From Rhizaria sp. SCN 62-66 (lineage: Eukaryota), in the NCBI GenBank assembly GCA_001724265.1, contig MEDY01000264.1, forward strand, positions 1-43,377: a stretch of DNA of 43,377 nucleotides, given 5' to 3'. Within the stretch, counting starts at the first letter, position 1, and each line of letters starts with the position of its first letter. Shown here piece by piece: positions 8,906-18,740 of the stretch. Under the pieces are notes generated by a model. The model had not been told where the DNA came from. It searched no databases and saw only the letters and a program-made list of their open reading frames with translations. The translations under genes were made by a program, and so were the position numbers.

Positions 8906-11900
8906 TTAGAACTTGACGTACGCGTAGAGGTCGGCCACGGTCTCAATCTTGTCCCAGCCGGCCATGGAATCGTTCCAGCAATACGTCTCGCCAGTCAATC
9001 CCTGCGCCTTGTACGCGGCGCGGAACTGCGCCTTATCAAGCGGACCCTGCTGCGCGCTGGCGCCGTCGATGTAGTACCACTGCAGGTGGTCGGGCGGGCC
9101 CGCGGGCATGACGGGCACCGGCGCGGGGGCCGGCATCGCGGGCGCCGGGATCGGCGGCGGCGGCGCGGCGATGACGTGCGAGCTCGGCCGGCGCGGCACT
9201 GCGGGGCCCGGGCCAGCAGTGAGGTACGACCCAGCCGGAGCAGGCGCGGGGGCGGGGGCGGGGGCAGCGGCGGGCTGGAAGGAGCCGAAGCCGGGCTGCG
9301 CCGGCTGAGGGCGCGCGCCGGTGGGAGGACCGGGGTACGCAGTGGCGCCGGCGCCGGCACCGTAGCCGGCACCGTAGCCAGGCTGCTGCTGCTGGAAGCT
9401 GTTGGAGCCGAAAGGCGCGGCGAGCGCGGCGCGCGGGTTGGCCTGCATCTGATTGGCGTGCTCCTTCATCCGCACCTCGGCCTTGGCGAGCTTGGTCTTG
9501 TAGTCATCGCAGTCGAGCGAGTCCTGCTGCGCAATCCACATGTTGATGTCCGACTCGGTGGGGAACGAGTTGCGCATGCCGAGGTACATCGTCTTGTGCA
9601 TGAGGTTGATGAACTTGCGCGGCACGCGCGCGCACTGACGGAAGAACATCTGGAGGTAGTTCTCAAGCATCTGCGACGGCGGGAAGCAATGCAGACAGCA
9701 CAGCATGAGGTTCCAGCCGCGGGCCACGGAGTCGGGGTTCTGACTCTTGTTCTCGCGCAGCTGCTTGATGATCTGGCAGTAGGCTTCGTCGCGGAGCTTC
9801 TCAGAGCGGAGGCAGTCGGTAAGCATCTCAACCGCGAGCATGACGGGCGCCTGCTGCTTCTTGTCGCCCATGAAACCGAGAACGTTCTTGAACATGCGCT
9901 TGGCGTGCGAGTACGTCTCCTTGTCCATCTTCTCGTCGATCTGCGTCAACGGGGCGTGGATCGTGGAATCGGTCCAACGCAGCATGCCAGCCGCCAGCTC
10001 GTCACGGTCCCACGCCAGCAGCTTGATATCGGCCCACACGGCGGGCGGGAAAAGCTGGGGGAAGTTGACAAACTCGAACATGTTGCCCGACTTGTCGAGG
10101 AACAGGTCCTTGATGCGCACGGTGCGAGCCTGGATGAGCTCGGGGTCCTTGAGCAACACGGCCTTCTTGAGCTGCAGCTTGACGAAATCGTCCTCGGAGG
10201 TGTTGTAGAGCAAACGACGCAGGTTCTCGACGCGCTCGCAGGTGAAGTTAGGCAGCGCATCGGCGCGCTCGATGATGGCCTTCATGTGGACTTCGTCGAG
10301 GACCTTCTCCTGCTTCTCCGCGTCGGCCGTCACGGCGTCGCGCACAGCCTTGGCCTGGTAGTAGAGCTGGCGCACCTGGTTCGCGGCCGCCGACTTGAGC
10401 TCGATGTCATCGGCCGAGGCCACGGCAGCCTGGAACTCAGAGTACGACTCCTGCACGTCGTAGGTGACGAGCACAAGGAACAGCGCCTCGAGACGCTTCT
10501 CTTCGCGGAACACGAACTTCATGCGCTGCGCCTGCTTGAGCTCGTAGATGGGGAAACCAATGGCGCCGGCCTGCGCGATCGCGGCGTCGATCTGCTCGAT
10601 CGAGCGCGAGTCCACCGCGGCCTTGAGCAGAGGACGGAACTTGAGGCAGCGCTCGCGCAGGTAACGCGTCAGCACGCGGCGGCAGTACTTCTGCGCAAAA
10701 GTCGTGACTTCATCGACGGCGAGGTTACGCTTGAGCTCCATCTCGCGGTGCTGCTCGGCGCGGTACAGCACGCGCGTGGCGCCGATCTGCACGTCGGTGA
10801 GGTTAAGCCCCATGAGCTGGATCAAGTACTTGCAGTTCTCGATCACGCGACCGTCCCACTGGCGGTCCTTCTGCAGGCACTTGTAGCGCTTGAAGAACTC
10901 GGTGTGCGTGTACCGGAACGGGAAACCCTGCTTGCGGATCGTCACAGCCTCGAACACACCGGCGTACTGGAGCTGCTCGAGCGTCATCTGACCGTAGAGC
11001 TGCATCGGCGCCTTGTTCGGGTTCGGCTTGACGCAGCGGATGTAGTGCGGCTCGGTGGCGTTGAGCGCAGTCATGAGCTCGTTGAGCTGGCGGGCGAACT
11101 TGGTGCCTAGCGTCGCGCGCGTCGCCTGCGTGCCGTCGTTGAACAGCGTGTTAAGGAAGCTAAACTGCGAGCGCTGGAGGATGGCGTGTGCGTCGTCGTT
11201 AAGCTTGTCACGGTTCTTCTCCAGGAAGCCCGTCGAGTCGTAGCGGACCGTGCCGGCGTAATGCTCAACGATGAACATCTTGGGGTCCTTCATGAAGGGC
11301 TTGAAGTAGTCCTTGTTCTTGCTCTGCGCAGAGACGAGCTTGTCCACGAACGTCTTGTCGGAGCCCTTGGGCATGCGGATCTCTTCGTCGACCATGGGCA
11401 GGATACCGTAGGGGCGCATCTCGATGAGGTCAAGCACGGGCTGGTTATCGATGTAGTTGACGTGGGTGAAGTTGATGCCTTCGAAGCGGTACAGCTCCTC
11501 TTCCTTCTTGAACGTGTGCTGGTTGAAGAACTGCTGTAGCTTCTCGTTGGTGAAGTTGATGCAGAGCTGCTCGAACTGGTTGTGCTCGAAAATCTCAAAG
11601 CCGAAGATATCAAGAATGGAGATGGTCTGCGGGCGCGCGTCGTTGCCCTTGCCGATAGACTGGTTAATACGCTGCACAATCCAGTCAAACATCTTCTCGT
11701 AGATGAACTTAGCAAGCGCATCACGCGCGGCATCGGCCTCCTCCTTGGAGAGGAACACGTCGATGTCCTGCTGGCCCGTCACGCGCATGACACGCGTGGT
11801 GACAGCTTTGGCGAAGCCAACGGGGTCGAGCTGAAGCAGCGCGCAGGCAGTCTGCAGCGGAGCCTGGGACACGACCTCGCACTGGCGGTCGCCAGTGGCG

Positions 11901-13669
11901 CGAAACTGCAGGTTACCGAGGTGGAGGATACCGGCGAGCGTGCGCTGCAGGTTCTCGATCTCGTTCTGCGCCCAGCCGAGCTCGCGCATGGCGTTGAGCA
12001 CTTCCTCGTAGTCGGCCACGTCGTCGACGTCGTCGACGCTGTCACAGCCGGACTGCGAGAGGTACCAGTAGTCAGAGACCTGGCCGATCGACAGCTGCTG
12101 GCGCAGCGCGGCGGGCGCGCCGCGGCAGAGCTGGTAGAAGGCGTGGTAGTTACGCTCGCCCTGGGACTGGGTCACGACGCGGATCTTCTCGAGTAGGTAG
12201 TTTGTGTTGGTGGAGCCGGAGATCTGGGCGCGCTGGTCAAAGTAGATCTCAACGTACTTGCCGAACCGGGACGAGTTGTTGTTGCGCACCGTCTTGGCGT
12301 TGCCAAAGGCTTCAAGAATGGGGTTCGACGCCAGGATCTTCTGCTCGACGTTGGAGGTCGACGAGCCGGCGATTTCGGCGATATACTGGAGTGCCTGCTT
12401 CGTGCACTCGGTCTTACCGGCACCGGACTCGCCGGAGATGACGATCGACTGGCCCTGTCCGGTCTCGAGCAGCTGCTTGTACGCGTCGTCGGCGACGAGG
12501 AACACGTGGGGCGGCAGCTTGCGGTTGCCACGCCGGATGTACTCCTCCATCACACCGGGCGTGTAGAGCGGGAGACGCTTATACGGGTTGATAGAGATCA
12601 AAATGGTGCCAATCGCGGTGTAGATCTCGTTGGACTCAAAGCGCTTGGTGAGGTTGTAGAGAATGAGCGGCTTGTTCATGACATCGAGCATGACGAGATC
12701 CTGCTGCAGCCGCTTGAGCTGGAGCCACTTCATCTGATCCAGCTCAGCGGCCTGCTTGGCCGTGAACGTGAGCTGCTGGCCCTGCTCCGTCTCGACCACC
12801 ATGCGGCCACCGGCGTTGGACACGACGCGCGCGGGCACGTAGCCGTGCATCTCGTGCGGCGCCCACACCCAGTCGCCAGCGCGCTCGTAGTCGTCCTGCG
12901 TCTTGAGCTCGTTGGGCTTCTCCCACTGCGTCTTCTGCGTCTTGATGTTGTAGTAGTACTCCTGCCCGTCGGCGGACTTGAGCGCCTTCCACCCGTGATC
13001 GGGCTCCGCGCGGCGCTGGATCTGCAGCGGCTGGGAGAAGTTCTGTCCCGACGACACGGGCTCGGGCGCGCCGAGCTTTTCGACGCCCATGTGCTGGCGT
13101 GCACCCTGTTGCTGCGAGGCGGCCGAGATGGCCGCGCCAAGGCCCATCGACGACGCGGGCGCTGCGGCGGGTGCGGGCGCGGACGCGGGCGCGGGAGGCG
13201 AGTAAGGCGCTGAGTACGGAGCGGCGGCGGGCGCGGGGGCGGGGGCAGAGGCGGGCGCCGGGGCAGCGCGCGGGGCGCCGCCACCGACGCCGCCGGCCAT
13301 GCCGCCCGCGGCGCCGCGGTTGGCGGCCATGGCGGCGAGCTTGGCGGCGAAGTCTGAGTTGCCGCCCATGGGGCCGCCCATGCCAGGCAGCGCGCGCGGG
13401 GCAGCGGCGGCAGCGGGCGCCGCGGTGGCGGCGGGCGCGGCCATCGGCGCGGGGGCGGGCGCGGCGACGGGAACGGGTGCGGGAGCCGGGCGGAGACTGT
13501 CGACGAGACCAGCGACGTTGGAGATCATGTCCCAGTTGGCCATGTTGGCGTTCCAGCAGTAGGAGCCCGTGTTGACGCTGTTAGACTGGAACAGCTGGGC
13601 AAACTGGGCCTGTGTGACAGGACCCTGCTGGCCTCCCTGAGCGTCCATGTAGTACCATTCGTCACTCAT
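8906..13669 (-). CDS. Unconventional myosin, class-IV-like: GYF_2 - Pro/Ala linker - WW - SH3-like N-term - motor - IQ-like - MyTH4 - Pro-rich - GYF_2; 1587 aa, no CDS introns
   Basis: Motor motifs GESGAGKTE, LEAFGNAKTVRNNNSSRFGK, LDIFGFE, FEQLCINFTNEKLQQFF, HYAG, PHYIRCVKPN. WW: GWKALKSADGQEYYYNIKTQKTQWEKP. MyTH4: LRDEAYCQIIKQL...GWNLMLCCLHCFPPS. GYF_2-like WYY..QQGP...YCWN..M..W at both ends. Stop TAA. Confidence 0.95.
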   Translation of the reverse strand: MSDEWYYMDAQGGQQGPVTQAQFAQLFQSNSVNTGSYCWNANMANWDMISNVAGLVDSLRPAPAPVPVAAPAPAPMAAPAATAAPAAAAAPRALPGMGGPMGGNSDFAAKLAAMAANRGAAGGMAGGVGGGAPRAAPAPASAPAPAPAAAPYSAPYSPPAPASAPAPAAAPASSMGLGAAISAASQQQGARQHMGVEKLGAPEPVSSGQNFSQPLQIQRRAEPDHGWKALKSADGQEYYYNIKTQKTQWEKPNELKTQDDYERAGDWVWAPHEMHGYVPARVVSNAGGRMVVETEQGQQLTFTAKQAAELDQMKWLQLKRLQQDLVMLDVMNKPLILYNLTKRFESNEIYTAIGTILISINPYKRLPLYTPGVMEEYIRRGNRKLPPHVFLVADDAYKQLLETGQGQSIVISGESGAGKTECTKQALQYIAEIAGSSTSNVEQKILASNPILEAFGNAKTVRNNNSSRFGKYVEIYFDQRAQISGSTNTNYLLEKIRVVTQSQGERNYHAFYQLCRGAPAALRQQLSIGQVSDYWYLSQSGCDSVDDVDDVADYEEVLNAMRELGWAQNEIENLQRTLAGILHLGNLQFRATGDRQCEVVSQAPLQTACALLQLDPVGFAKAVTTRVMRVTGQQDIDVFLSKEEADAARDALAKFIYEKMFDWIVQRINQSIGKGNDARPQTISILDIFGFEIFEHNQFEQLCINFTNEKLQQFFNQHTFKKEEELYRFEGINFTHVNYIDNQPVLDLIEMRPYGILPMVDEEIRMPKGSDKTFVDKLVSAQSKNKDYFKPFMKDPKMFIVEHYAGTVRYDSTGFLEKNRDKLNDDAHAILQRSQFSFLNTLFNDGTQATRATLGTKFARQLNELMTALNATEPHYIRCVKPNPNKAPMQLYGQMTLEQLQYAGVFEAVTIRKQGFPFRYTHTEFFKRYKCLQKDRQWDGRVIENCKYLIQLMGLNLTDVQIGATRVLYRAEQHREMELKRNLAVDEVTTFAQKYCRRVLTRYLRERCLKFRPLLKAAVDSRSIEQIDAAIAQAGAIGFPIYELKQAQRMKFVFREEKRLEALFLVLVTYDVQESYSEFQAAVASADDIELKSAAANQVRQLYYQAKAVRDAVTADAEKQEKVLDEVHMKAIIERADALPNFTCERVENLRRLLYNTSEDDFVKLQLKKAVLLKDPELIQARTVRIKDLFLDKSGNMFEFVNFPQLFPPAVWADIKLLAWDRDELAAGMLRWTDSTIHAPLTQIDEKMDKETYSHAKRMFKNVLGFMGDKKQQAPVMLAVEMLTDCLRSEKLRDEAYCQIIKQLRENKSQNPDSVARGWNLMLCCLHCFPPSQMLENYLQMFFRQCARVPRKFINLMHKTMYLGMRNSFPTESDINMWIAQQDSLDCDDYKTKLAKAEVRMKEHANQMQANPRAALAAPFGSNSFQQQQPGYGAGYGAGAGATAYPGPPTGARPQPAQPGFGSFQPAAAPAPAPAPAPAGSYLTAGPGPAVPRRPSSHVIAAPPPPIPAPAMPAPAPVPVMPAGPPDHLQWYYIDGASAQQGPLDKAQFRAAYKAQGLTGETYCWNDSMAGWDKIETVADLYAYVKF

Positions 13670-14342
13670 GGGGAGAGCTAACAGGATCGGAAAAGAAGCG
13701 CAAGAAAAGCGGAACGGGCAAAGGCGGAAGCGGGGGCGATGGGTGAGCGACGGAGGAGGGAGAGACGAGGAGCAGGGACAAAAGATATTTCAGGCGTCCA
13801 TACTGTGAGGTTGGCAAGGCATGTGGACGCGCTAGCAGCGTAATTTGAGTACAAATGACACCAAGCTCGCGTGAGATACTTGTCTAACACGTCCACAGTG
13901 CTTTCCAGACCGGCCGGGAGCACCCGGAAGGAAGTCCAGAAGCACAGAAGTGGTGACGAATCGAAGCAGTTTCATCCTCTATCGACAAGAAGAAGACTCC
14001 ATGCACAAATGTCTAAATCAAAAGCACTAGAAATCACCAGGAGAACATCATTTAATAAAGATTTAACTCCTCAAATTTTAACATATGCTCACAAATCGCC
14101 GTGCAAGCTCGGCGCGAGGCGATGAATCGCTCGACCACGAAACTAAGCCGCACTGGACCGGCTCACAGTCACCGCAGAGCGTGCCGCTCTACCACAAACC
14201 CGTGTGCCCGTCTTTGCGCAGCCGTCGTGACATGGAGTGTTAGTATAACTGCAAATTTATTGCTTTTACAAAAATTATCATGTGTGATATATTGTTAAAA
14301 AATAAAATTGGTTGACATAGTAACGAAGAACATGATATATCT

Positions 14343-17300
14343 TCAATATTCAAGTAACGAGTCACGCTTCTCATTACCGTCCGGCGTCCGGCTGCCCTTG
14401 CTAGCCCCCTTCTTGCCGTGCTTGTCGACCGTCACGGCAGCCTTGGTGCCCCGTGGCGCGTTTGCGTCCGGTACCGGCGCAAACAGCGTCCCCGCACCCA
14501 ACGAATCGCCCCTCGACGACGGCGCATCCCCTGCACCTGTGTCGACTTCCTCCCGCGCCCAGTCTCCGAGGTCACGGTCAATCAGCCCACGGTCACGGTC
14601 ATGGTCACCGTGCTGCTGCTGCTCACGGCCACGCTGCTCTTGCTTGTCGCGGTTGTGCTGCAGCAGAGCGCGCGTCTCTGGCTCGGACGTGTCGTCGCTA
14701 GCGCCTTGTCCGTCTTCGCCACTGGCGCCACGCTGCTGTTGTTGTTGCTGTTGCTGGGGAGGATGTTGCTGGTCAGGCGAGCTGTCGTGCTCACCGTAGC
14801 GGCTGCTGCTGCGCTCGCGTCCCTGCGGACGGCTCCCTGGTGACGTCACGGTCACAGTGTGCCAAGGGTCTTGGCCGCCGCCGCCGCCGATATCTGTGGC
14901 GCGCGACTGCAAATGTGGCGGCTACTGCTGAGGCAGCGAGCCGGAACCAGTTCCAGTTCCGGGGGCGACGGAGACTGCGGGTGCGGGCGCGGCTGCCGGC
15001 ACGATTGCTGTTGCTGCTGCAGTTGACTGTGGTGCTGTTGACTCTGAGAAGGGGACAGCAACGCGCAGTGCACCGACCGGCGCTGCGGCTGTTTGCGTCG
15101 ACACTGGCGCTGACGACAGCAGCTCAGCGAGCGGTGACACCGGCGACTCGGTCGCAAACGGGTTCGCCGTCTTCGCGCTGGCAGCGCTTGCACTGATACT
15201 CGCGGTGTTGTCGTCAGCAGCGCTGTCGCGAGTGGCGAGGAGAGCGTGAATCCCGCTATCCGCGGAGCTCTTGACAATGTCGAGAGGCGGGGAGATTGTG
15301 GGAAGACGCTGGTACAAGCGTTGCTGCTGCAGCTGACCATAACTAGCGTCGGCACCTGCAGCCGCGCCACTGCGACTGTGCCCTTGACCGCGGGCAGCGG
15401 CGGCACGAGGCTGGCTGTGCGGCTCTGGGTAGACGCGTGAAGGGCTCTCCCAGCCCAGTCCGTCGCTGCGCGCATTGCCGCGAACGCTGTCGCTGCCACT
15501 GCCGCTGCTAGATCCGGTGCTCGAGCGGCCGCAGCTGGTCGTGGTGCTGACGCCGTCTTCCTCCTCCTCCTCGTCGCCTGCATAGGTCGCAGCGGCCACG
15601 GTGGCGCGCGCCATGCTGCCGTACTGCCCGCGCTGCGGCTGGCCGCGGCCTGCGCCCGCCTTCTGCGCGGCGATGGCAGCAGCGGCGGCTGTAGCGAGGC
15701 GGCGGGCGGTAGAGCGTGAAAACGGCACACCGTGTTCGTCCACGTCGACGCTGTCATCGCGGTCACTGCGGTCACGTGGGAGATAGCCGTTGGCGGCGCC
15801 GCCGATGCTCTGGTTGCCGCTCAGGCTGCCGTGGCCGTTGCGCAGGGCGTCGTCATCGTAGTCGGAGCCGAAGAACGGGGGACTGCCATGCTGCTGCTCG
15901 CGGTGACCATGAGCACCAGATGGTCCCGGCGCCGCAAAGTAGTCCGTCACAGTTACAGGCGCCGCCCCCGTGGTCTTCTCGCCGGCGCCCGCACTGACTT
16001 GGCCGGGCCGCATTTGAAGCGGCTCACCGTGCGCCGTGTAGCCGCCCACGGTAAGCTCGTTCATCGGCGTGAGCACAGTGACCGCCGGGCCGGGTCTCGT
16101 TGCTGCGCCAGTCACATTCACCACCGGCGGCACAGGGCGGCCTTCGGCACGCGCGCGCATGCGCGCGGCGTCTGCCTCCGCTGCGCGGCGCGCTTCGGAG
16201 ATGCGCACCATCTACAGTGCGCGCCGATACGCCGCCTGCACGGGGTCGCTATCGAAACCGGCGCTGTCGGGGCCGGCCTCAAGCCGCAATGCGCCGTCGT
16301 CGCGGTCGTCGCCGCTGCCGCTGCTGCTGCCTTTAGCGAAGCCTCTGCGCGCACGGCGCTCCTAATCGGTGTCGCGGTCGCGCTCGCGGTCACGCTCGCG
16401 GCCGCGGCCGAGCAGCGGGTCCGTGCTTGACGGCGGGTAGCAGCGGACGCCCTCGCCGCCGATGGCCGCGGCGTCGGCGCTCGCGGCGGCGGCGGCGCCT
16501 GGGCTGAACTCGGCCGTGCGCGGCATGTAGCGCAGGAAGCGGCCTGTGCCGGCCCAGAGACAAGCGCTGGCGACGGTGCCGACAGCGATGGCGAGGAACA
16601 GATCGGCAGTAAATGCTGTAATAAGCGCAGTAAACGCGGCGGGCACGGCGGCATAGAGAAGATTCCAGTCAACGGCGTCGGCGTGACCGAGCATCGTGGT
16701 GCCCACAGTCAGCAGCACTGGCGCAGAGCAGAGCTAAGAGATATAAAACAAAAGCGACATTTGTTGAAAATTATAAGAGTACTTTAATCATAACAGTAAC
16801 ATTGTGTTAAATTATTTTTACATCAAAATTAGCTGATATTCAAGTTATTCATTCATGTTTCCATGAAGTTCGAGTTGTCATTTCGTACCCGAGGGAGTGC
16901 GGCGATTCCAGGTGCAGCGAAAGAGGTGAGCAGAAATAGCATAGCGGCAGTCACGGCAGCAAGTCCCGTGCGCGCGCCACGCTGGACACCAAGCGCAGAC
17001 TCGACAAGAATCACAGTCGGCGGGCAGCCCAGGGGCGCGGCAGCCGCTGTCGCGAGTGCAGGCGCCAGAGTCACCCAGATCGGCGCAGACTGCGATACAA
17101 GAAACAAGGAGGAAAAAACAGGTTGGGCATATAAGTCTAGAATATATTTGTTGATTCAAATTGAAGTATTGTTATTTTGAGTCTAAACGCACCTTTTCAT
17201 GCTCTGGCGCAACGCCGTGTCCGTGGGCCGACACGCGGCGATACGTCGGTAACAGGCCACACATGCGACGCAGTCCGTAAGACGCGGCCAACACATCACT

Positions 17301-18410
17301 TGCACCTGCAATAATCATAGCAAGGACCACCAGCGCGGCGCCCGCGGCCAGCTCGCCGAAGGCGAGACTGTGGAAGACTGTCCCCGCGGCCACAGGTACT
17401 CCGCTGTTAGTGGCAGCAACAATGTCGCTGTACGCGCCGGGCTTGGCGCTCCAAGGCAGGCGGAAGGTCTGCGTCCACGCGGGCGCGGCAGCGCGGGCGG
17501 CGGCTGCGGCGGCGTCGCTGGCTCCGGCTCCCGCCGCTGCGGCGCCAGTTGAGAGCGCGGCGGCGGCTGCGGCAGGATCAGGGAGCAGCGGCGTCAGCAG
17601 AGCGATCAGTGCAATCCCACCCAGCAGCGCGCCGGGCACGCGCGCGTGCAGCAGCGCGGCAGTGACAATAACGGCTGCAAACGTTGCGAGTGCGTGTTGC
17701 GCCGAAGCTGATGAGCCGCGCACTAGCGTGGCGGCGTCAAGCGCGAGAAAGCGGCCGATGAGGAGTCCAAGAAAGCAGAGCAGCAGTCCGAGGCCGAGGA
17801 CGAGGCCGACGCGGACGCTGCGCGGAACAGGCTTAAGGCTCCACTCCAGCGCTCCTGCAAACGAGAGCGCAGTGAATGCGAGTCCCGTGAGGAGGACGCA
17901 GGCGTTTGCGGCCGCGAAGGAGTATCCCATGTGAGTCACAACATGGTAAACGAAGTAGGCTCCGAGTCCAAGCCCGGGGGCAACCACAAAGGGCAAGTTT
18001 GCACCAAAGCCGATAAGCAAAGAGCCCAAGCATGCGGCCAAGCAGTTGCTCACAACGGCGGCCTCGCGCGGGAGTCCAGCGTAGCTGAGGAGCTCGGAGT
18101 TGATAACGATCAAGTAGACAGTCGAGAGGAAGCTACGCGGATGGATATAGCACATTAAAGATCAAATGAGTCGCAATTATAGAAATTGTTTTATAAATTC
18201 GCAAACTTAAATTATACTAGCAATATAATGGTAAGCTTATTTGTTGAGAATATTGAGTTGGACGGACTTGAAGAGGCCTCCCATGAGCTCGGTCGAGACG
18301 GATGACCCACGGGAGGAAATGGCGAAGAGGGAGTCAATCTTCCCTGATGCGGACGAGCGGCGCATGAATTGCCCCCATCGAGACTCTTGATGAGACTCTT
18401 CGTTGAGCAT
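14343..18410 (-). CDS. AzgA-like (NCS2 family) purine nucleobase permease; exons 18410-18268, 18132-17193, 17089-16889, 16733-14343. 551 aa if TAG 16364-16362 terminates; 1224 aa if the three in-frame TAGs are read as sense
   Basis: AzgA motifs across exons: LFAISSRGSSVSTELMGGLFN|FLSTVYLIVINSELLSYAG, ANLPFVVAPGLGLGAYF, GLGLLLCFLGL, ESALGVQRGARTGL, APVLLTVGTTM, VDW...VPA. Three AT-rich introns with GT..AG ends and consistent phases (2, 0, 0). The frame continues past TAGs at 16364, 16214 and 14924 to TGA 14345-14343, where sequence turns AT-rich. The family call is firmer than the C-terminal extent. Confidence 0.85.
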
Positions 18411-18740
18411 TTTGAATGAGAACGACGGTGGGTTCAAGCGAGAACACGTCTCACGATAGGACGAGGTCAAGGTTGAGTCAAGCAGCCGCCTCCGTTGCTC
18501 ACAGTCCCTTGCTGCGCCATCATTCAACACACCAAAACATTTTTTCGCTAGCAATCTTGATTCAAAGATGTTCTATGTATATAAGATGTCAACAATAAAG
18601 AATAAACACTTCTGGCCCGATGTCGCTGCCAAATGCAGAGATCTTCAAGTCACAGGAGTGAGCTGACAGAGTGTAAAGGAGAGCAAAGATTTGCGCACAC
18701 TGACTGATACAGCAGACGCACGGATTCACACAATCCTCGT

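Noticed and set aside
8795-11110. 771-aa plus-strand ORF antisense to the myosin, and similar long antisense ORFs (34236-36581, 38001-40079, 22473-24215, 4760-6025)
   Set aside because: Shadow ORFs expected from strong GC-rich codon bias on the coding strand; no recognisable motifs.
1815-18410. Functional cluster of the thiouridine enzyme with the nucleobase permease
   Set aside because: They are separated by unrelated genes (IMP, myosin), AzgA-type permeases mainly carry purines, and eukaryotic adjacency is weak evidence.
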